Positions 1-6,354 of a DNA stretch of 24,000 nt are shown piece by piece. Position numbers and translations under genes: made by a program. Source of the stretch: Roseomonas nitratireducens (GTDB taxonomy: Bacteria > Pseudomonadota > Alphaproteobacteria > Acetobacterales > Acetobacteraceae); NCBI RefSeq assembly GCF_017813355.1, contig NZ_JAGIYZ010000006.1, positions 1 through 24,000 of the forward strand. The letters are read 5' to 3'. Numbering within the stretch: the first letter of the stretch is position 1; every line of letters starts with the position of its first letter. The notes beneath the pieces are model-generated. The model did not search any database. It was not told where the DNA came from and was given only the letters and a program-made list of their open reading frames with translations.

Positions 1-1
1 C

Positions 2-1060
2 GCGCCCGTCGTCACGCCCGCGCCCGCCGCCGGGCCCGCGGCAGGGGAACGCGGCCCGTCCTCGGCCACCGAGGCCGCCGCGGCGGCGCGGCGGGAGGAA
101 CAGCGCATCCTGTCGACCGACCCGACGCTCGCGCGCGTCGGCGGCGTGCTGACGCCGCGCGGCGCGCTGTCCGTCGAACCCACCCTCGAATACGGCTATG
201 GCGAGAACACCCAGGCGACGGTGAACGGCTTCTCGATCGTGCCGGGCATCACCTTCGGCACGGTCGACATCCGGCAGAACACGCAGCGCGCGACGACGGC
301 CTCGGTCACGCTCCGCTACGGCATCACCGACCGCTTCGAGATCAACACCCGCATCCCCTACGTGTTCCGCAACGACACGATCGAGACCGGCCCGGCCGAC
401 GTGAACGCGAGCCCGATCCTGATCAGCCCGCGCGGCAACGGCATCGGCGACATCGAGTTCGGCGCCTCCTACCAGATCAACGCCGGCATGAACGATTGGC
501 CGATCTTCATCGCCAACCTCCGCGTCAAGTCGACGACCGGCCGCAGCCCCTTCGAGGTGCCGATCTACACGACGAACGACCCGCAGGGCGGCTTCATCCG
601 CGGGCTCGAGCGCGAGCTGCCGACGGGCACCGGCTTCTGGTCGGTCGAACCCGGCGTGACCGTCGCCTGGGCGTCCGACCCGGCGGTGTTCTTCGGCGGC
701 ATCCGCTACATCTGGAACATCGCGGATACGGTCGACCTGCAGAATCCGTCCGGTGGTCCCGCGACGCGCACGCGCCTCGACCCCGGCGACGCGATCGGCG
801 TGAACTTCGGCGTGGGCTTCGCGATGAACGAGCGCACCTCGATCAGCCTTGGCTACGAGCATGTCTTCGTCATGCGGTCGAGCCAGGAGGGGCGTGCCAT
901 CGCGGGGTCCACGGCCGATATCGGGACCTTCAACTTCGGCCTCGCCTATCGCGTCTCCGACAGCGTCAGCGTCAATCTCGGCGTGGGCATCGGCGTGACG
1001 GATTCGGCGCCGGATGCGCGGATCATCCTGCGCGTGCCGGTGCGCTTCAACCTGATCTGA
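2..1060 (+). CDS. Outer-membrane beta-barrel protein, 5'-partial (FapF-like / MetA-phenol-degradation-type transporter barrel, tentative)
   Basis: The frame is open from the window edge. In-frame residues ...EAAAAARREEQRILSTDPTLARVGG precede the GTG at 146, so the true start is off-window. The sequence has an amphipathic beta-strand pattern (TLEYGYG, ASVTLRYGITDRFEINTRIPYVFRND, GIGDIEFGASYQIN, SVNLGVGIGV) and a terminal strand RVPVRFNLI. The family call is from memory of PF13557-like barrels and was not searched. Confidence 0.7.
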   Translation, partial: APVVTPAPAAGPAAGERGPSSATEAAAAARREEQRILSTDPTLARVGGVLTPRGALSVEPTLEYGYGENTQATVNGFSIVPGITFGTVDIRQNTQRATTASVTLRYGITDRFEINTRIPYVFRNDTIETGPADVNASPILISPRGNGIGDIEFGASYQINAGMNDWPIFIANLRVKSTTGRSPFEVPIYTTNDPQGGFIRGLERELPTGTGFWSVEPGVTVAWASDPAVFFGGIRYIWNIADTVDLQNPSGGPATRTRLDPGDAIGVNFGVGFAMNERTSISLGYEHVFVMRSSQEGRAIAGSTADIGTFNFGLAYRVSDSVSVNLGVGIGVTDSAPDARIILRVPVRFNLI

Positions 1061-1087
1061 CGCGGCCTTTCGTGCCGCTGGGCGGAG

Positions 1088-1110
1088 GCCGCGGCGTGTT
1101 GCGCCGCGGC
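1088..1110 (+). terminator. GC-rich hairpin after the barrel gene (candidate intrinsic terminator, no U-tract)
   Basis: GCCGCGGCG (1088-1096), loop TGTTG, CGCCGCGGC (1102-1110). This is a perfect 9-bp stem starting 28 nt after the stop at 1060. Confidence 0.4.
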
Positions 1111-1159
1111 ATGATGCGTCATGCACGCGATTGGTGTGGAACGCCGCGTCCTGCACCTG

Positions 1160-1175
1160 TTAACCACCCGTTAAC
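1160..1175 (+). promoter_or_regulatory. Full CtrA-box match TTAA-N7-TTAAC
   Basis: The sequence reads gTTAAccacccgTTAACc. An additional GTTAAC half-site lies at 1210-1215. The box is an A/T-rich island in very GC-rich intergenic DNA upstream of the repeat-protein gene. Confidence 0.55.
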
Positions 1176-1478
1176 CTTTACGCCGTGAACACGCGCCGTG
1201 TGTGTCGGCGTTAACGATTCGCCGGGCGCCGCTTCATTCGCTGCTCGCGCAGGCCAACGGCCGCGCGGCGGAAAACCTCGCATCGCACGACGTCCCGCAA
1301 ACGCCCGCGCCGTGGCACGCGCGTTGCTCTCTCCGACATGCGCGAAGAAGAGTGTTGGGGAAGGAAGTCGGTGCATGGCTCGCCAACGCGTCTGGCGACG
1401 CCTTCCTCCCGCTCCGCAGTGCGCAACCCCGCCGCGACGCCGCGGCGGCACGTGACAACACGGGACGAGGAGAGAGAG

Positions 1479-2474
1479 ATGCGTGCACTTCTTCTTGCGG
1501 GTGTCGGCATCGTCGCCTTCGGCGGCGCCGCCATGGCCGAAGGCGACCGCGGCAACCACCATCGACGCTACCAGCCCGCGATCATGGACCACTACGCGGC
1601 GGCGCTCGGCGTCAACATCGGCGAGGTCCGGGGCAATAGCTCCACCACCGGCCGTGGCCAGGCCGTCGGCGTCACCACGACCGGCAGCTTCGGCGGCGCG
1701 CGCGGCGTGATGAACGTGAACCAGAACGCCGGCGCGAACAGCGCCCAGCAGAACGCCGTCGCCATCGCCTACATCGAAGGCTGCGACTGCCGGGTCGAGT
1801 TCAAGTATGGCGACGGCAACGCCAACGCGGTCGCGGGCAATGGCGGCCAGGTCGTCGGCAACAACAGCGCGAACGGCGAATACTCGCGCCGCCACCACCA
1901 CGGCGACGACGGCACCAGCGCCAGCGCGACGCTCGCCGGCAGCTTCGGCAGCGCCACCGGCATCGCCCAGGTCAACCAGAATGCCGGCGCCAACAGCCTG
2001 CAACAGAACGCCACGGCGGTTGCCTACATCGACAACGTGTCCGGCACCCGCAGGCAGGACCGCGACGCCTGGGCCATCGCCGGCAATGCCGGCCGCGTGA
2101 CAGGTTCGGGCAACAGCTCGGACGACTACCGCCACCGCGCGAACGGGTCGATCGAGGGCGCCTTCGCCGGCTTCACCGGCGTCGCCAACGTGAACCAGAA
2201 CGTCGGCGCGAACAGCCTGCAGCAGAACGCCGCGGCGCTGTCGGCGGTGGAGTACTGCAACTGCGCCACGCGCGACCTGTCCACGGTCGTGGCGGCCGCG
2301 GCCAATCTCGGCTCCGTCTCCTACAACCGCGCCGATGCGGATCGCGGCGCCGCCTTCGCGACGATCGGCGGTTCGTTCAACGGCATCACCGGCATCACGC
2401 AGGTCAACCAGAACGCCGGCGCGAACAGCCTGATGCAGAACTCCGTGGCGGTCGGCGCGGTCTACAACCGCTGA
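1479..2474 (+). CDS. Secreted Q/N/G/A-rich repeat protein, putative major fibre (amyloid-like) subunit
   Basis: The ATG at 1479 is preceded by GAGGAGAGAGAG. The Sec signal peptide is MRALLLAGVGIVAFGGAAMA|EGD. There are four copies of a 30-aa core, G-[SA]-F-x-G-x-x-G-[VI]-x-x-V-N-Q-N-x-G-A-N-S-x-x-Q-N-x-x-A. The upstream extension to 1338 in the ORF track has no signal peptide and is Arg-rich. Confidence 0.85.
   Translation: MRALLLAGVGIVAFGGAAMAEGDRGNHHRRYQPAIMDHYAAALGVNIGEVRGNSSTTGRGQAVGVTTTGSFGGARGVMNVNQNAGANSAQQNAVAIAYIEGCDCRVEFKYGDGNANAVAGNGGQVVGNNSANGEYSRRHHHGDDGTSASATLAGSFGSATGIAQVNQNAGANSLQQNATAVAYIDNVSGTRRQDRDAWAIAGNAGRVTGSGNSSDDYRHRANGSIEGAFAGFTGVANVNQNVGANSLQQNAAALSAVEYCNCATRDLSTVVAAAANLGSVSYNRADADRGAAFATIGGSFNGITGITQVNQNAGANSLMQNSVAVGAVYNR
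1683..2459 (+). repeat. Four in-frame 90-nt (30-codon) imperfect coding repeats
   Basis: The cores lie at 1683-1772, 1938-2027, 2157-2246 and 2370-2459. Their sequences are GSFGGARGVMNVNQNAGANSAQQNAVAIAY, GSFGSATGIAQVNQNAGANSLQQNATAVAY, GAFAGFTGVANVNQNVGANSLQQNAAALSA and GSFNGITGITQVNQNAGANSLMQNSVAVGA. They are spaced 85, 73 and 71 codons apart. Confidence 0.9.
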
Positions 2475-2488
2475 TCCTGTCCTGACGG

Positions 2489-2519
2489 CGCCGGCGGCCC
2501 GCCCAATGGGCCGCCGGCG
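2489..2519 (+). terminator. Strong intra-cluster hairpin (candidate attenuator/partial terminator)
   Basis: CGCCGGCGGCCC (2489-2500), loop GCCCAAT, GGGCCGCCGGCG (2508-2519). This is a perfect 12-bp G/C stem starting 15 nt after the stop of the repeat-protein gene. No U-tract follows. Confidence 0.45.
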
Positions 2520-2551
2520 TCCCCCTGCCCAAGCAGAACGAGGACGACGCC

Positions 2552-2884
2552 ATGAAGATCGCGACCATCGTCACCGCAGCGCTGCTCGGCACGGCGGCCT
2601 CGGCGCAAACCGTCCATGCTTCGGACCCCGCCGCGCTGTTCGAACGCCTCACCCCCGTGGGGCAGGGCGAACTGGCCCGTTCCTCGGGCCGCGCCGGCTT
2701 CGACCAGGATTCGGCGAACCTCGCCAATGTGCACGGCAACCATGTCGGGTCGCACAGCGTCACCGGCAGCAACAGCATCTCGGGCTCCCTCAGCGGCAAT
2801 GCGGGCGTGACCACCGTGTTCCAGAACACGGGCAACAACAGCGTGTTCCAGTCCGCGACATCCATCACGATCAACATGCGCTGA
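2552..2884 (+). CDS. Small secreted protein with a single copy of the fibre repeat (putative minor subunit/nucleator)
   Basis: GAGGA lies 9 nt upstream of the ATG. The signal peptide is MKIATIVTAALLGTAASA|QT. The C-terminal core at 2783-2872, GSLSGNAGVTTVFQNTGNNSVFQSATSITI, aligns with the 30-aa repeat of the upstream gene. Both proteins end 3-5 residues after the last repeat (..VYNR* and ..NMR*). Confidence 0.8.
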   Translation: MKIATIVTAALLGTAASAQTVHASDPAALFERLTPVGQGELARSSGRAGFDQDSANLANVHGNHVGSHSVTGSNSISGSLSGNAGVTTVFQNTGNNSVFQSATSITINMR

Positions 2885-2893
2885 GACGCGCCG

Positions 2894-3670
2894 ATGCTGC
2901 CGCCGCGTATCGCCGTGCTGATGCTCCCCGCGCTGCTCGCCGCCTGCGCGGCCGGGCGCGGCGACGCCACGCTGCCGGTCGAACCGATGCGCGCGGGGCA
3001 GGTGGAGCTCTCCCTGCCGGACCTCGACACCGGCGGCGCCAACCTCTCCGTTCCGGTGCGTAGCGTGCTCGCCCGCCGCTTCGCGCGCACGATCAAGCAG
3101 CGCTTCGACTTCTCCTGCGGCTCGGCCGCACTCGCGACGCTGCTGACCTTCCACTACGGCATGCCGACAGGGGAGGAGGCGGTGCTGCGCGACATGATCG
3201 AGCATGGCGACGTGGAGCGCATCCGCAGCGCGGGCTTCTCGCTGCTCGACATGCAGTCCTATCTGGCGCGGCGCGGGCTGCGGTCCAACGGCTACCGCCT
3301 GCCGCTCGACAGGCTGGCGGAAGTGCGCGTGCCGGCGATCGCGCTGATCGACACGAACGGCTATCGCCATTTCGTCGTCGTGCGCGGCGTCACCGCCGAC
3401 CGCGTGCTCATCGGCGATCCGAACCTCGGCACGCGCACTATGCCGCGCGTGCGGTTCGAGGAGGCCTGGAACGGCGTCCTGTTCGTCATCCTCGACCGCC
3501 CGGACCTGGGCCAGGCGAGCTTCGGCCTGGCCGAGGATTGGGGCGTGCGGTCGCGCGCGCCCGGCCTGCTCGTGCGCGACCAGATGGACCGGGGCATATC
3601 CGGCCTCGGCATGCCGGCGCCGCTCGTCCTCAATTCGGGCGTGCCGCCGACGCGTGGCTTTCTTCCCTAA
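2894..3670 (+). CDS. Lipoprotein peptidase C39-family cysteine protease (FapD-like position)
   Basis: A lipobox is present: LPALLAAC. C39 hallmarks are intact. These are the oxyanion Gln and catalytic Cys in KQRFDFSCGSAALATLL, His in GYRHFVVVRG, and Asp in LIGDP. No ABC-transporter domain is fused. Confidence 0.85.
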   Translation: MLPPRIAVLMLPALLAACAAGRGDATLPVEPMRAGQVELSLPDLDTGGANLSVPVRSVLARRFARTIKQRFDFSCGSAALATLLTFHYGMPTGEEAVLRDMIEHGDVERIRSAGFSLLDMQSYLARRGLRSNGYRLPLDRLAEVRVPAIALIDTNGYRHFVVVRGVTADRVLIGDPNLGTRTMPRVRFEEAWNGVLFVILDRPDLGQASFGLAEDWGVRSRAPGLLVRDQMDRGISGLGMPAPLVLNSGVPPTRGFLP

Positions 3671-3701
3671 CGCCTGCCTTGAAGGGAGAGGAGAAGCTGT
3701 C

Positions 3702-4313
3702 ATGACCCGAGGGACCGTGTTCCAGGCGTCGCTTCTCGCCATCACGCTCGCCGGCGGCGCCGCCATGGCGGCCGATGCGCCGGGGCGGCGCGACATGGCC
3801 GATGCCTACGCCCGCGCGCTCGGCCTGGACATCGGCGGGCAGGCGGAAGCGCTGGACATCGTGGCCGCCGCGGTGCCCGAGGAGGAACTCGGCGACATGC
3901 GCGGCGGCTTCGCGCTGCCCGGCGGCCTGTCCGTCGCCTTCGGCTTCGACATCGAGACGCGACTCGGCGGGCAGGTTGTGCAGCGCCTGACCCTGCCGGC
4001 CTCGGTCCTCGGCCCCGGGGGGCGCATGGAGGCGATCCGCATCGTCGAGGGCAGCGCGACGCGGCTCGCCGATCCCGCCGCCGGCCCCGCGGTGGCCGAG
4101 GGCGTCTTCAACGGCGGCGCGACGCGCATCGTGACGCAGGCGGGCATCGGAACCGTCCTCGGCGTCGTGCAGAACAGCCGGGACGGGCAGGTCGTGCAGC
4201 AGCGGTCGAACCTGCAGGTGGACATCTCCGGCATGGGGCGGCTGCTCGACGCGACGTCGAACCGTCGCGTCATGGACCAGGCGCTGCCGCGGCGCGGCGG
4301 GTGGGCACGGTGA
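3702..4313 (+). CDS. Secreted protein of unknown function (cluster accessory)
   Basis: The ATG at 3702 is preceded by GGGAGAGGAGAAG. The signal peptide is MTRGTVFQASLLAITLAGGAAMA|AD. I recognise no family. Confidence 0.7.
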   Translation: MTRGTVFQASLLAITLAGGAAMAADAPGRRDMADAYARALGLDIGGQAEALDIVAAAVPEEELGDMRGGFALPGGLSVAFGFDIETRLGGQVVQRLTLPASVLGPGGRMEAIRIVEGSATRLADPAAGPAVAEGVFNGGATRIVTQAGIGTVLGVVQNSRDGQVVQQRSNLQVDISGMGRLLDATSNRRVMDQALPRRGGWAR

Positions 4314-4612
4314 GGCGCGTCCTTCTCGCGTCGCTGCTGGTCGCCGCGGCGCTGGCCGCCGCCGCGGGCGGCGCGCGCGCCTTCGAGCCCGAGCCCGGGG
4401 CGATCGCGCGCATCGGCGGGCTCGAGGTGCTGAAGCCGCTCGATGCGCAGGATCTCGGCCGCCAGCGCGGCGGGCGGCTGCCCGCGGTGACGCCCGGGAT
4501 GCAGGCGCCCGCGCCGATGCTGCGGCTGTGGGACGAGATCGGCCGGCCGACCCGCCCGCAGGACTCCGGTTCCCAGGGCGTCGTGACTTCGACCCATCGC
4601 GGCGCGCGCTGA
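4310..4612 (+). CDS. Small secreted protein of unknown function
   Basis: The GTG at 4310 overlaps the upstream stop (GTGA), which suggests translational coupling. An alternative GTG lies at 4301. The signal peptide is VRRVLLASLLVAAALAAAAGGARA|FEP. Confidence 0.55.
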   Translation: MRRVLLASLLVAAALAAAAGGARAFEPEPGAIARIGGLEVLKPLDAQDLGRQRGGRLPAVTPGMQAPAPMLRLWDEIGRPTRPQDSGSQGVVTSTHRGAR

Positions 4613-4640
4613 AAACCACGCAACAGGAGGAAGTTCGCCC

Positions 4641-5093
4641 ATGAGGATGTCCGCGACGCTCGCACTCGGCCTGCTGGGCCTGCTCGCCGCCGGCTGCGCC
4701 CAGCCGGGACCGGAGACGGTCGCCGCCCCCGCGCGGCTCGAGCCGGAAGTCACGGGTGGCCAGCGGATGAGCGGCGAGGAGTTCCGCGCGGCGGTCTTCG
4801 GCAACACGCTCGACCGCCGCCTGCCGAACGGTGCGCGGCTGACGATGCATGTCGCGGCGGACGGGTCGCAGCGGCTGCGCCTGACGGCGCCGGGCGGCCA
4901 GCGTGGGGCCGATCGTGGCCGGATCGAGATCCGCGGCAACGAGATTTGCTCCTCATGGGAACGGATCGACCAGGGCCAGCCGACCTGCTTCGCCTATTTC
5001 CGCCTGGGCGCCTCGCTCGTCGCGATCGACCTCGCGGGGCAGATCGAGCCGACTCGCTTCGAGGTGCTGCGCGGCAATCCGGAACGGATCTGA
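4641..5093 (+). CDS. Lipoprotein (possibly DUF995-like), last gene of the same-strand cluster
   Basis: AGGAGGAAG lies upstream of the ATG. The lipobox is LLGLLAAGC. Conserved-looking Trp/Cys positions occur in IRGNEICSSWERIDQGQPTCFAYF. The family guess is from memory. Confidence 0.7.
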   Translation: MRMSATLALGLLGLLAAGCAQPGPETVAAPARLEPEVTGGQRMSGEEFRAAVFGNTLDRRLPNGARLTMHVAADGSQRLRLTAPGGQRGADRGRIEIRGNEICSSWERIDQGQPTCFAYFRLGASLVAIDLAGQIEPTRFEVLRGNPERI

Positions 5094-5115
5094 CGGCGGC
5101 GAGGCGCTTGCGCGG

Positions 5116-5139
5116 CGGCGCGGGCCGGTGCCCGCGCCG
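5116..5139 (+). terminator. GC hairpin ending the cluster (candidate terminator, no U-tract)
   Basis: CGGCGCGGGC (5116-5125), loop CGGT, GCCCGCGCCG (5130-5139). This is a perfect 10-bp stem starting 23 nt after the stop at 5093. Confidence 0.45.
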
Positions 5140-5333
5140 GCGTAGTGGCACCGCGACACGGATTTGCTTCCATCCTGGCGCGGGATGCTCTATGAACTGC
5201 GCGTCAGCTTTTCTTGGTATCGCCGCGCTCTCCTTGCTCCTGATCGAGCGCCGAGCCCGCAAGCCCTCCATCGGAAGATTGATCGGACGCGCCATCGGGC
5301 GCGGCCGTCGCACGACGCTCGAACGGAACAATC

Positions 5334-5540
5334 ATGTCCACTGGCACCATCAAGTGGTTCAACGCCACCAAAGGCTACGGCTTCATCCAGCCTGACGACG
5401 GCACGAAGGATGTGTTCCTGCACATCTCCGATGTCGAACGCTCCGGCATCGCGTCGCCGCAGGAAGGCGACAAGCTCGAATACGACATCCAGCGCGGTCA
5501 GCAGGGCAAGATGTCCGCGACCAACCTGCGCAAGGCCTGA
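5334..5540 (+). CDS. CspA-family cold-shock protein
   Basis: MSTGTIKWFNATKGYGFIQPDDG..DVFLHIS contains the RNP1 (KGYGFI) and RNP2 (VFLHI) motifs. The length is 68 aa. Confidence 0.97.
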   Translation: MSTGTIKWFNATKGYGFIQPDDGTKDVFLHISDVERSGIASPQEGDKLEYDIQRGQQGKMSATNLRKA

Positions 5541-5583
5541 CGGGCCGCGGCGCGCATCGCGCGCCGCCCCATCGCACCGAACG

Positions 5584-5610
5584 CGGCGCCGCCCTTCAGG
5601 GACGGCGCCG
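5584..5610 (+). terminator. Hairpin downstream of the cold-shock gene
   Basis: CGGCGCCGCCC / TTCA / GGG-A-CGGCGCCG forms 11 bp with one bulged A. It lies 44 nt after the stop. Confidence 0.45.
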
Positions 5611-5632
5611 CCAAGAAGAACGAACGAAATCC

Positions 5633-5767
5633 ATGACCATCACCATCACCAGCCCGCGCGCCACCCCGGCGCGCGGCGCCTCCATCCCGGCACCGAAGTC
5701 CCCGCGCCCCGGCACGGGCCTCTCGGCCGCCGAGATCCGCCAGATCGTCCTCGATATCCTTGGATGA
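5633..5767 (+). CDS. Candidate 44-aa small protein (absent from the ORF track)
   Basis: The product is MTITITSPRATPARGASIPAPKSPRPGTGLSAAEIRQIVLDILG*. By hand count, 40 of 44 codons end in G/C, which is the coding signature of this genome. The Shine-Dalgarno is weak and I recognise no family. Confidence 0.35.
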   Translation: MTITITSPRATPARGASIPAPKSPRPGTGLSAAEIRQIVLDILG

Positions 5768-5817
5768 TCCGGCGCCAGCCAGCCACGCCCACTGACGAAG
5801 GACAGCAGTAAGCAAAG

Positions 5818-6273
5818 ATGCAAGGTTCGAAGCGCGACGACTTCAACACCCGCCGCGAGACCGCGGCGCTCGCCAAGCAGGCGATGATCGAGCGGTTCCG
5901 CACCCAGCCGCGCCCGGATGATCCCGTGGTGCAGGAAAGGCTGGCCGCGCAGCGCGCCTTCGCCGAAGCGCGCGACCAGCGCCGCGCCGAACGGGTCGCC
6001 GAGCGCGCGGCCCAGGCCGAGGCCGCCGCCGCCGAGGCGAGGCGCCTTGAGGCCGAGGAAGCCGCGCGCCAGGCCGAGCTCGCCCGCCTCGCCGCGGAGG
6101 AAGCGCAGCGCCAGGCCGAGGCCGCCCGCCAGGCCGCCGAGGCGGCGATGGAGAGCGAACAGCGCGCCGTGCTGCTGGATGCCGAGAAGAAGGCCCGCGC
6201 TCTTGCGCTGGCCGCCGAGCAGAAGGCGCTGCGGGACGCGCGCTACGCCGCGCGCCAGGCCCGCCGCAAGTAG
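5818..6273 (+). CDS. Ala/Glu/Arg-rich coiled-coil protein, DUF6481-like
   Basis: The N-terminus FNTRRETAALAKQAMIERFRTQPRPDDPVVQERLAAQRA.. is followed by a long AEEAARQAE-type helix. This matches my memory of the DUF6481 family. Confidence 0.7.
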   Translation: MQGSKRDDFNTRRETAALAKQAMIERFRTQPRPDDPVVQERLAAQRAFAEARDQRRAERVAERAAQAEAAAAEARRLEAEEAARQAELARLAAEEAQRQAEAARQAAEAAMESEQRAVLLDAEKKARALALAAEQKALRDARYAARQARRK

Positions 6274-6354
6274 AACAGGGCGGCGGCGCCCCAGGGCGCC
6301 GCTGCTTCATCCGGGTGGCCGGTCCACGGCCGCCTTCGAACAGGACCTCCCCCC

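Noticed and set aside
1338-1478. Upstream extension of the repeat-protein ORF (MREEECWGRKSVHG...).
   Set aside because: The extension is Arg-rich, has no signal peptide and would bury the obvious signal peptide that starts at 1479. A GAGGAG-type ribosome-binding site precedes the ATG at 1479.
1119-2135. 338-aa minus-strand ORF antisense to the repeat-protein gene. Similar long antisense or out-of-frame ORFs lie at 2462-3796, 3630-4850, 3806-4939, 6850-8166, 10361-12001, 12541-13962, 14635-16272 and 16965-18797.
   Set aside because: These are typical high-GC artefacts, since stop codons are rare in any frame. They have Arg/Ala/Pro/Gly-rich nonsense composition, no export or catalytic motifs, and each overlaps a gene with clear family signatures on the other strand or frame.
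1479-2884. Interpretation of the repeat proteins as true curlin (CsgA/CsgB).
   Set aside because: The Q/N-G-N-S-Q pattern is reminiscent of curlin. However, there are no CsgG/CsgE/CsgF-like genes, the repeat length and register differ, and the partners (C39 peptidase plus MetA-type barrel) fit a Fap-like model better. It is kept only as an analogy.
5950-6250. Apparent DNA repeats (gccgaggc / cgccaggccgag) that could suggest a tandem-repeat or CRISPR-like element.
   Set aside because: They are the coding consequence of an Ala/Glu/Arg/Gln coiled-coil (AEEAARQAE..). There is no regular repeat-spacer structure, and no CRISPR array exists anywhere in the window.
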